Origin: Endomicrobiales bacterium
GTDB taxonomy: Bacteria > Elusimicrobiota > Endomicrobiia > Endomicrobiales > CAWCFT01
NCBI GenBank assembly: GCA_963794945.1
Contig: CAWCFT010000018.1
Span: forward strand, 3,479-67,478
DNA length: 64,000 nt
Direction: 5' to 3'
The position numbers were made by a program, and so were the translations under genes. Of this stretch, positions 18,899 to 26,534 are shown in pieces. The notes beneath the pieces were generated by a model. That model worked only from the letters and a program-made list of their open reading frames with translations, made no database searches and was not told where the DNA came from. Within the stretch, counting starts at the first letter, position 1; each line of letters begins with the position of its first letter.

Positions 18899-19856
18899 TT
18901 ATTGCTGAAGTGTTACAAGTCCCCTGAACTCGTCTAGTATATCCGGGTCCCACCAGCCTTTTCGCGATTCCTCTTCCATTATGGAGAGAGCGACATCCGG
19001 AGTAAGCGCCGTCCTGTATGAGCGGTTTGTTGTTAGCGCGTCATAAACATCTACTATTGCCATGACCCTCGCCACGACCGGCACCTGGCTGCCCTTGAGC
19101 CCGTCAGGGTAGCCGGAACCGTCAAGTTTTTCATGGTGGTATCTTATTATGCTTAACGCCGCTTTCATGGAATTGAGCGGCTTACAGATCTTTTCACCGC
19201 GGTCCGGATGGGTGCGGATGGTAGTGAACTCTTCCGGCGTGAGCCGTCCCGGTTTGTTAAGAATAGCGTCGGGAATGGCTATCTTTCCTATATCGTGGAG
19301 AATGCCGCCCTTGTATAATGCGTTCTGTTCGTCTTCCGGCAGGTTCATCTTGTGCGCCAAAATAACAGCGAACTGGCTGACCCGTTCCGTGTGGCCCTGA
19401 GTATAAGTATCTTTCGCTTCTATGGCGCGGGCAAGCGCGAATATAACGCTCTCGGCGGAGTCTAGCTGGTCGTAAAGTGTTTTTACTTTGAGAAGGGATT
19501 TTATGCGGGTGATGAGCTCGATAGATTTATAAGGCTTGTTGACGAAATCGTCCGCGCCGGACTCTATGGCCTCGATCTTGTCAGGTGTCTCGGTAAACCC
19601 CGTCAGCATTATCACAGGAATGAAACGCGTGGAGGTGTTGGCTTTTACCTGCCGGCAAATGTCGCTGCCCGATATCCCGGGCATGTGGTTGTCCAGTATT
19701 ATCAGGTCTCGGCCGCTCCGAAAATATCTTTTCGCGCGCCGCGTGGCCCTCGCCGGCAGTTATAACTTCGTAACCATTGCCGATCATTATCTGCTCGAGC
19801 ACGCCCAGCGCCTGCGGGTCGTCGTCGGCAATAAGTATTATGGGTTTTTTGTCCAT
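18899..19856 (-). CDS. Response regulator with an HD-GYP (c-di-GMP phosphodiesterase-type) output domain (one frame break near 19709)
   Basis: Receiver MDKKPIILIADDD.. | ..DLIILDNHMPGISG..VIMLTG..DDFVNKP. HD-GYP domain HTERV..ILHDIGK..HHEKLDGSGYPDGL. The two ORFs (19581..19874 and 18899..19684) join after removing 1 nt. Confidence 0.85.
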
Positions 19857-20113
19857 TAGTTGAGATTCTACCAAAGTCGGCGGGTTATGTCAACGTTGGC
19901 GCGCTCGGGATCAATTTATTCCCTAAAGGGTATTTCCAAATTAATACTTTGGGGTTGGTCATAAAAAGATCCGCCCCTACGGCTCTGCGGACAAGCTCCA
20001 GACATCGCAGCCTTCTTTGGATTTGAGCCTTCCACTAAGGAAAGGTTCCGCCAAGGCGGATAAACTCCACTCAAAACACTTTTTATCAAGTTAATCGCTC
20101 GCTCCTATATAGA

Positions 20114-20154
20114 AACCCCCAAAGTTATTTTTAAGTGAAAACTTTGGCGGGGTT
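20114..20154. repeat. Imperfect hairpin/palindrome upstream of the giant gene B promoter. One arm recurs at 19946-19956.
   Basis: aacccccaaagt (20114-20125) and actttggcggggtt (20141-20154) are near reverse complements. actttggggtt occurs again at 19946-19956. Confidence 0.5.
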
Positions 20155-20171
20155 AACTACATATCCATCTA

Positions 20172-20194
20172 TGTGATTTTTCAGAAATTTCACA
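20172..20194. promoter_or_regulatory. 23-bp imperfect palindrome (operator-like) just upstream of the -35 box
   Basis: tgtgatttttcagaaatttcaca: the TGTGA and TCACA ends are separated by 13 nt, with an AT-rich self-complementary interior. Confidence 0.35.
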
Positions 20195-20202
20195 GTTTTT
20201 CC

Positions 20203-20231
20203 TTGACTAGTACCTGTATAAAACTTATAAT
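20203..20231 (+). promoter_or_regulatory. Near-consensus sigma70 promoter for the small ORF / giant gene B unit
   Basis: TTGACT (20203-20208) - 17 nt - TATAAT (20226-20231), about 40-60 nt upstream of the candidate starts of the next ORF. Confidence 0.6.
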
Positions 20232-20271
20232 TTATCAGATAATATTATAAATATCAGGTAATTACTGTGTA

Positions 20272-20763
20272 TTGCCTGAAAGGAACTATTTTTTGACCTT
20301 GAAATTCCTCAATTTATTCGTTTGCCTTATAACAATTCTGCAGATCACCGCCGCGGGGGTCAGTATATCTCCCGCGCGAGCCGGTTCGTGTGCTCTTTTG
20401 GGCACATACACGGCCGATTGCGAGCGCGTCAACGATTTTGTCGTTTCAACCTCTCCTCTTGGCGAACAATTCAAATGCGCGGCACCTGTAAAACCAAACG
20501 CTGATATTTTCTTTGCCATGCCTGAAATACGTAAGGCAAATGAACAGGCCCTGAAACAGTTCAGGCTTCCTTGCGTTGAGGCAAATTCATTCACCTGCAG
20601 TGAGGGTTTCGTGCTGCTGGACAAAAAATGGTCAGGCCCGCCGGGCCGGTCTTCTCCTCCTATTGCATATTTCATTTTGTTCGCTATAATACTCGCGCTG
20701 AGCAATTTGCCTGCGCCTGTTTCTTGCTTTGCTCGTTCGGTAAACCGCCCGGCTAGACGTTGA
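20272..20763 (+). CDS. Small exported Cys-containing protein with a C-terminal hydrophobic helix, upstream of giant gene B
   Basis: The start is uncertain: TTG at 20272, or TTG at 20293 preceded by AAAGGA. The protein has a hydrophobic N-terminus (LKFLNLFVCLITILQITAAG), 7 Cys, and the tail ..GPPGRSSPPIAYFILFAIILALSNLPAP..RR. It has the same architecture and position as 11980..12480. Confidence 0.55.
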   Translation: MPERNYFLTLKFLNLFVCLITILQITAAGVSISPARAGSCALLGTYTADCERVNDFVVSTSPLGEQFKCAAPVKPNADIFFAMPEIRKANEQALKQFRLPCVEANSFTCSEGFVLLDKKWSGPPGRSSPPIAYFILFAIILALSNLPAPVSCFARSVNRPARR

Positions 20764-20831
20764 AGCCGGGTTTTTTATTTGCTGAGGCAAATAACCCGCC
20801 GATGAGGCGGGTATACTGGTACAAGGGCTTT
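20748..20831 (+). promoter_or_regulatory. Structured leader upstream of giant gene B (homologous to the A leader)
   Basis: H1 is cccggct/agccggg (20748-20770) followed by T6 (20771-20776). H2 is atttgc-tgag-gcaaat (20777-20792). H3 is cccgcc-gatga-ggcggg (20795-20811). The strings cgggtttttt(t)attt, aaataacccgccga..aggcgg.tata and tacaag are shared with A. Confidence 0.55.
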
Positions 20832-20912
20832 ATGAACTTCAACAAATTCATTTCCATTATCACAACGGCCTGCTTCCTGGTGTCGTTTATAGCGTCGCCT
20901 GCTGTGCAGGCG
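20832..20912 (+). other. Sec-type signal peptide (or signal anchor) of B
   Basis: MNFNKFISIITTACFLVSFIASPAVQA|MQA; the core ITTACFLVSF is identical in A. Confidence 0.6.
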
Positions 20913-22238
20913 ATGCAGGCGCCAGTTCCCGGACAGCTGGATTTCAATAAAGCAGCGGAAGGGCTTAACCTACCCGGAACCGTTGGCAGAGTAACCGGCG
21001 GCAAGATTTTTGGAGACGGCCTTCTGGTAATAAATATTCAGGACTTGCACTGCCATGCGGAAGTGCAGAAAAATATAAGCCGCATACTCGAAATGATAGA
21101 AGCGCAGTACGGGCTAAAGAATGTCCTGGTGGAAGGCGCGGCAGGAGATGTGGACACTTCCTGGCTTACCAGCCTTAAAGATAACGCTCTGAAAAAAAAG
21201 ATAGCCGAAACACTGCTTAACCAAGGCAGGCTTACCGGCGCCGAGTATTATTCCGTTCTAAACAATAAGCCCCGCCTGCTAAAGGGGCTTGAAGATGAAA
21301 AGCTCCATACAGAGAACATCGCGCGCCTGGGCAAGATCCTTGAGCGCAGGCCGGTGTACGATCAAAAGATCAAAAAACTCACTGAAGACCTTAACTTTTT
21401 AGAAGCTAAATATTTCAGCTCACGAAACAGGAAGTTCAACAAAGCTCTCGAAAGCTATAAAGAGGGCGGAATGACTCCTGAAAAGTATTACACGCTTCTT
21501 GTCAAATACGCTGAAAAAATAAACAACGGTTCCAACCCTTTCAACCCAGTATTGGCTATAAGGGTAAAGGACTATCCAAATATAGCCGGCTATCTAAATA
21601 TGATTGAAGCTGGCAAGCGTATAAGATACAACCGGGTAGGATACCAACTGCAGGGTTTTGTACAACAACTGAAAGCCAAACTACCCTACAATGAATATAC
21701 TAAACTGATAGAAAAAACAAACAATTTTGCGAAGCTTGACCAGGCCTACCTATCGCTGGCCCAGATATCAGAACAGTACCACATGCATCTTGAAGGCGAA
21801 TATCCAGACCTTGCCGCTTTCTTTGAGTACCTTGAAAAGGGGCGGAAGGTCAACCCGATGGCTTTGATAGATGAGGAGAGGCGGCTTACTGAAGCCGTGC
21901 GCATAGGCCTTGCGCGAAATGTTGCGGAATTAGAAGTGTCATTTGCCGCTGATTTCTTCGTGTGTTTTAAAGATTACCTGCTCAACAGGCTTTCCGCGGA
22001 TGATTACGAGTATTTCACCCAGCGGTTCGATAAGTTCAAAACTATCTGGGGCAAGTACGTTTACGCGAACCGCCTTAATGATATGTCTGCCGATTTCGCC
22101 CTTCTTGATGAGTTCTACCGCGTTAACAACGAACGCAGCCGCAGCTTTTACAGAGCATGGCAAATTGCATTAAGTGCCCTTCAGCAGGGGAAGAAAACCC
22201 CAGCTGCACGGATGTTACAGCTTCCCTCCCCCGGCTGA
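20832..22238 (+). CDS. Giant gene B, segment 1 (signal peptide plus the N-terminal domain shared with A)
   Basis: ORF track gives 20760..22238. I place the start at the ATG at 20832 (MNFNKFISIITTACFLVSFIASPAVQA), where the alignment with the A start begins. The segment is alignable to A along its whole length. Confidence 0.85.
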   Translation: MNFNKFISIITTACFLVSFIASPAVQAMQAPVPGQLDFNKAAEGLNLPGTVGRVTGGKIFGDGLLVINIQDLHCHAEVQKNISRILEMIEAQYGLKNVLVEGAAGDVDTSWLTSLKDNALKKKIAETLLNQGRLTGAEYYSVLNNKPRLLKGLEDEKLHTENIARLGKILERRPVYDQKIKKLTEDLNFLEAKYFSSRNRKFNKALESYKEGGMTPEKYYTLLVKYAEKINNGSNPFNPVLAIRVKDYPNIAGYLNMIEAGKRIRYNRVGYQLQGFVQQLKAKLPYNEYTKLIEKTNNFAKLDQAYLSLAQISEQYHMHLEGEYPDLAAFFEYLEKGRKVNPMALIDEERRLTEAVRIGLARNVAELEVSFAADFFVCFKDYLLNRLSADDYEYFTQRFDKFKTIWGKYVYANRLNDMSADFALLDEFYRVNNERSRSFYRAWQIALSALQQGKKTPAARMLQLPSPG

Positions 22239-22300
22239 ACCCTAAGGAAATAATCGTTACAATTACAGGCGGTTTTCACACCAGGGAGCTCCAGCGCCTG
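21022..22300 (+). other. Conserved N-terminal domain shared with A (unassigned)
   Basis: LVINIQDLHCHAEVQKNI..KNVLVEGAAGDVDTSW..LTGAEYY..IIVTITGGFHTRELQ, collinear with A 10385..11675. Confidence 0.4.
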
Positions 22301-25300
22301 CTCCAGGAAAAAAAGGTTTCCTGCCTTACCGTAACCCCGAATGTCAGCAAAGGAACGGAAGAATCTAACGCTATTTATATGCATTTGGCCAGCCAGCAGG
22401 CGGCTGTTTTGAATAATCCTCAACTTAGGCCCAGTAGCGCGGCGGCAAAAACCATCAATTCAAATGCCTTACAGCTAGCCATAGAAAGCGTTCAGTCCGG
22501 TAACGCCAAGCTGGAAGCAGTCGCTAACGCGCTTTGGTCTTACGCGTTAACCACTGCTGATTTAAACGCTGTCAAAGATGAAATAGAACTGTATTTACAA
22601 TCAAATTCTATTAGCGGAAGTGCCAGCATTGACGCCAAGGCAGAAGCCATTGTTGTAACTTGGAAAGACGTTTCCGGCCAGAGCCGCACCATAACCATAA
22701 GTAAAAACGCGGAGTTCGGCAGCCTGACTCTATCCAGCCGGGCTCACAGCCTGTTAAATGACATACTCCCCAGCCTAAAAGCAGGCGAACAAGCAGAAAA
22801 AACCGCAGTTGGCTCTTTCGTTCTGCCGGTTGAATCAATGGTGGCTATGGGAAGCCTGATAGTTGAGGTACTGGCATCCTTAGAGCTGTCGCTTGCGGCT
22901 GACAGCCTTGTTACCGGGGACGGCCTGATATACGAAATATCTCATAATGAAGAACTGCAGAAACTGCTTGAAAAACAGATCAATATTGATATGCAGAAAT
23001 TAGGCCAGCTGCCCGACTGGCTTCAAAGGGCCCTTGCTGTAAGGGGCAAAGCCAGACAAGGCATTGCCGCAGAGCTTTCCAAAGAAGACCAAAGTGCGCT
23101 TATGAAAGCGCTTCTTTCAATACAGCCGGTATATGACCTTCTTGTTTCGTTAAATGCGACAAGGGTGATCGACAGCCGGCAAGCCAAGCCTGATACCGGT
23201 TTAAAAAATGGAAATGTTAAGAAAAGCAATTTCTATAATTACATTAGAGGCGGGTTTGTCGAAGAAAAAGATCTTCCAATTACAGACTTGCAAAAAGATA
23301 CTATAAACATGCTCGCGAAACAAGCGGGTATAACTATAAATGGTTTAGAGAATATCAGCTGGAAAGAAGCGCACAGAGTTGAAACTCTTCTAAAGATACT
23401 GCCCCAGAACCATTTAAACCGCGTAAAGAAAGTTAACTATATCGTGAAAATTTTAAACCCACTTGTGTCGGGCTGGACCGATTTTGCAAGTAAGACCATT
23501 AATATAGTTGCAAAGAAAAGATTTAATCATGATTATGGCGAAGTGTTCGTGCACGAGCTTGGGCATAAAGTTGACACCTCTCCTTATGCCATAAAAATAA
23601 TTCAAAGTCTAATGGATTTTTTGCTTACCTGCGCTTTATACTGGGTTGTTATGCGTGTAATTTTCACTGGCGATCAAATGAGTTTTCATAATGCGGCGTT
23701 TGACATTGTTTCGGTCTTTGTTATAACTGCAATTTCCTATATAAAATCAAAGATAAAGGCGTCGATCGGCAGAAAAATGGTAAATACAAATTCTCGTATT
23801 AGCGAATACGCGGCTACTAACGATAGGGAAAACTTTGCTGAAAATTACGCGTATTATGTTATTTTTGGCGGTGAATTCAGGCGCCTAGCTGGAACTTCGG
23901 CCAAGCTTGCGAAACAATATCAAAAAATGAAAAAAATATTTAATGGTATTGAATATACAAGGAATGAAAATGATGATATTGTTATTCTAGAAAAAAATAG
24001 TGAAAATACAGTATTGCCAGCTGAAGACAAAGGCATGGGGCTGCAAGAACTAACGAAAGCATCTGATTTGGCAGTCTCGGCACAGCCTGACGCAAGCCAG
24101 GCACCCGCCGCCAAAGGAAGGCCCCGCAGTGCGCCTGCCGGCTCACAACGGTATTTACACAGGCTTATAGATGTTCTTAAACTGCTTCAGGATGAAAAGC
24201 TGACTAAAGATCGTTTTTTAGAGGCATACTATAATTTTGAGAATCTCTGCTCCAGCGCCCGTAAAGATTACAGTGAAAATATGTTCCTTTACAGGCGCGC
24301 AGAAGTCTTTAAGACCTTCCGTGTATTCACAAATCCGGAAACACTATGGGATAATACCGTCGCGGCTTCAATTCGCGCCAGCGCTGAAAACAGCATTCAA
24401 AGCCTGCAAAAAGAACTTTCGGCAATGGAAGCTGACACCGGCACTGCCATGCCGAGAGAAAGTATCTTCGATGGGCTGGAAGAAACACCCAATATCAGGC
24501 CGGTTTTAGCCGCCAACAAACCCGTTATAGCAATAATGGATGTGCACGGAACACTGATACAGTCAAGCTGGAAAGTGGCATATGAACAGGTATATTTCAA
24601 ATTAACGGGAAAGCGCCCTCCCGCTCAATGGATATTAGAAAAAGTTTGGAACAAGCCTGACAATGAGGTCGCGGCTATGCTGTCAACTCAAACGGGCAGG
24701 CCCGCTTCAGAAATACTGGATTTAATTAATAAAAACAAAAGCCTCGTAAAATCCAAAAGTGTCCCGCCTGCCCTTCCGGGAACCCTGGAATTGGTAAAAG
24801 CATTAAAGGAGCAGGGGGTTACAGTAAAAATTGTGAGCAACACCCCTGGTAAAATTGTTATCAATCAGCTGGAAAAAGCCGGATTCTTAAATTATATAAG
24901 CAGGGATGACATTTTTTATAACGACCAGCCCGCTTCAAAATATTTCCATAGGGCGAAAATAATCCAGAATATAATTACGCAAAACCCAGGTTTCAATATC
25001 GTTTACTTCGATGACAGCTTCAGAGAAATTTCAGAAATTTCAAAGCAATTTGGGAAACGGATGACAATTTTTGGCGTTCCTGATGGAAAAGGTATAGAAT
25101 CAGAGAACAACCGCGTGGAATTAATTAAGTCGGGCGCTCATTACATTGTGCTCCGTAAACAGGGGTTCCCGGTTGAAGATATACTTCGTTGGTTAGATAA
25201 AGCTCCGAAAACCATTAGCCCGGCAGACAATAACATAATTGAAAGCCAGCCTGGCCAGGAAATTGAACAGCATACAACTGCAACCCAAATTTTGACACAA

Positions 25301-26515
25301 AAACAATCCATACTGAGCAGTACCGGGCAAGCGCTTAAAGCCATAGCCCGCGAAGTTGTGCTCTGGTACGGAAAATTCTATCAGTTGTCTATGCCGAAAC
25401 AGTTCCAGGGCTTGCTGCCCAAGCCCTATAAGCCGCTGTACATCATGCAGGAAACAACCGGCAAACAATACGAACCACAGAAAGATTTGCTTAAACAATT
25501 TATCGAAAATAATGCGGAAAATCTCGCATTGCCGCTGCGAAAACTGAAATATTTCAGGACGGAATTCAGCATTTCTGGTGATGGGGTAGTCAGCGATGTT
25601 CCGGAAAGAATATCTTCCTCAACAAGACGGCCTAACACAAAAATATTAATCCGCTGGCAGGAATTCAGCGGTGGAAAAAACTTCTGGATGCCGGCGCCTG
25701 ACGACCGCGAAATGGCCGCTATGGCCACCGCGAATAATGGCGAAAGCTATACCGGCGTGCTATGGCAGGGAAGCTCACAAGATGAGCTGTATCTTGTCCT
25801 AGTTCCGGTCTCTGAATATTTTAAAGCGGGTTATAGCCTGTCTACCGCGACATTAAGATTGATCTATGAAACTATACTCAGCTTGGAACGCCGCAGAAAG
25901 GACGGTAATCAAATTGAGATCTCAAATAAGGAAAAAGAAGGGTTCGCCCACGCACTAGACTCATTGGACAGGCTTGGAACGCGCTGCTACACAGTCAATT
26001 TCAACGAAGAAAAGAAAGCAATTATCAAACAAATTGACAATGAAACCCTTTCGCATGTAATCTACGAAACAATTATCAAACCTACTAATGATAAAGAGAT
26101 GGAAAGATTATCCGAATTGAGTTCTGACCCTGCTATTCTACAACTGCGCGGCCCCGGCAGTGATGAGGGAGACGTGCTGGGAACTATTTTAGAACCCCTG
26201 CTAAACAGCAAACTGACAGCCGGCCAATTTAAACGTACATTCGATAATATTCACAGGGCAATGTTCCGTAATTTCATAATAATGGAGCGAAAAGAAAATT
26301 ATACTATAGCTATTATTATGATTAAAGAAATCTGCAATTCGTTAGATATGCCAGTTGAATTGCGCAAAAAACTGTCTAACCTGATGATGGGGATATTCTT
26401 CGATCAGAACGGTAAAAGCCGTGATGTTATAGTGCAGACCGCTGCTATGAAATATGCAGCAAAGAAGCTACAGCAGAGACAATCCATATCGTGGCGCATA
26501 AAACAGAACGCTTAA
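22157..26515 (+). CDS. Giant gene B, segment 2 (rest of the shared N-terminal region, HExxH peptidase-like domain, HAD-like domain, repeat X1)
   Basis: 1452-codon ORF overlapping segment 1 by 82 nt. ..KEIIVTITGGFHTRELQ.. matches A ..SEIVVIVTGGFHTQGLK.., which is uninterrupted in A. Confidence 0.9.
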   Translation: MANCIKCPSAGEENPSCTDVTASLPRLNPKEIIVTITGGFHTRELQRLLQEKKVSCLTVTPNVSKGTEESNAIYMHLASQQAAVLNNPQLRPSSAAAKTINSNALQLAIESVQSGNAKLEAVANALWSYALTTADLNAVKDEIELYLQSNSISGSASIDAKAEAIVVTWKDVSGQSRTITISKNAEFGSLTLSSRAHSLLNDILPSLKAGEQAEKTAVGSFVLPVESMVAMGSLIVEVLASLELSLAADSLVTGDGLIYEISHNEELQKLLEKQINIDMQKLGQLPDWLQRALAVRGKARQGIAAELSKEDQSALMKALLSIQPVYDLLVSLNATRVIDSRQAKPDTGLKNGNVKKSNFYNYIRGGFVEEKDLPITDLQKDTINMLAKQAGITINGLENISWKEAHRVETLLKILPQNHLNRVKKVNYIVKILNPLVSGWTDFASKTINIVAKKRFNHDYGEVFVHELGHKVDTSPYAIKIIQSLMDFLLTCALYWVVMRVIFTGDQMSFHNAAFDIVSVFVITAISYIKSKIKASIGRKMVNTNSRISEYAATNDRENFAENYAYYVIFGGEFRRLAGTSAKLAKQYQKMKKIFNGIEYTRNENDDIVILEKNSENTVLPAEDKGMGLQELTKASDLAVSAQPDASQAPAAKGRPRSAPAGSQRYLHRLIDVLKLLQDEKLTKDRFLEAYYNFENLCSSARKDYSENMFLYRRAEVFKTFRVFTNPETLWDNTVAASIRASAENSIQSLQKELSAMEADTGTAMPRESIFDGLEETPNIRPVLAANKPVIAIMDVHGTLIQSSWKVAYEQVYFKLTGKRPPAQWILEKVWNKPDNEVAAMLSTQTGRPASEILDLINKNKSLVKSKSVPPALPGTLELVKALKEQGVTVKIVSNTPGKIVINQLEKAGFLNYISRDDIFYNDQPASKYFHRAKIIQNIITQNPGFNIVYFDDSFREISEISKQFGKRMTIFGVPDGKGIESENNRVELIKSGAHYIVLRKQGFPVEDILRWLDKAPKTISPADNNIIESQPGQEIEQHTTATQILTQKQSILSSTGQALKAIAREVVLWYGKFYQLSMPKQFQGLLPKPYKPLYIMQETTGKQYEPQKDLLKQFIENNAENLALPLRKLKYFRTEFSISGDGVVSDVPERISSSTRRPNTKILIRWQEFSGGKNFWMPAPDDREMAAMATANNGESYTGVLWQGSSQDELYLVLVPVSEYFKAGYSLSTATLRLIYETILSLERRRKDGNQIEISNKEKEGFAHALDSLDRLGTRCYTVNFNEEKKAIIKQIDNETLSHVIYETIIKPTNDKEMERLSELSSDPAILQLRGPGSDEGDVLGTILEPLLNSKLTAGQFKRTFDNIHRAMFRNFIIMERKENYTIAIIMIKEICNSLDMPVELRKKLSNLMMGIFFDQNGKSRDVIVQTAAMKYAAKKLQQRQSISWRIKQNA
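23280..23960 (+). other. HExxH zinc-metallopeptidase-like domain with two hydrophobic segments inserted
   Basis: GEVFVHELGHKVD (HELGH at 23552-23566), then the hydrophobic segments IIQSLMDFLLTCALYWVVMRVIF and AAFDIVSVFVITAISYI (about 23596-23745), then SEYAATNDRENFAENYAYYV. The HExxH...E-x-F-A-E order resembles MtfA/M90-type zincins. Confidence 0.5.
24518..25159 (+). other. HAD-superfamily hydrolase-like domain with a variant motif I
   Basis: Motif I is VIAIMDVHGTL (DVHGT at 24539-24553; the canonical form is DxDGT). Motif II is KIVSNTPG. Motif IV is IVYFDDSF. Confidence 0.55.
25487..26510 (+). repeat. Protein-level repeat X, copy 1 (shorter than X2/X3)
   Basis: LLKQFIENNAENLALPLRKLKYFRTEFSISGDGVVSDVPE..YTGVLWQGSSQDELYLVLVPVSE..LGTRCYTVNF..LRGPGSDEGDVLG.. 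aligns with X2 and X3. Confidence 0.8.
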
Positions 26516-26534
26516 AACCGTTGCCCGCGAAATT

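Noticed and set aside
20172-20194. The TGTGA...TCACA palindrome interpreted as a CRP/cAMP-receptor binding site, given the cNMP-binding protein gene nearby.
   Set aside because: The half-sites are 13 nt apart rather than the 6 nt of CRP-type sites. The neighbouring cNMP-binding protein also lacks a DNA-binding domain. I keep it only as a generic operator-like palindrome.
20286-20705. Minus-strand 139-aa ORF opposite the small exported-protein gene (and 12233..12529 opposite its paralog).
   Set aside because: The chosen strands give proteins with matching architecture (signal peptide, Cys residues, PPG-helix tail). They are co-oriented with the promoter, the leader and the giant gene in both loci. 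The antisense ORFs share nothing with each other.
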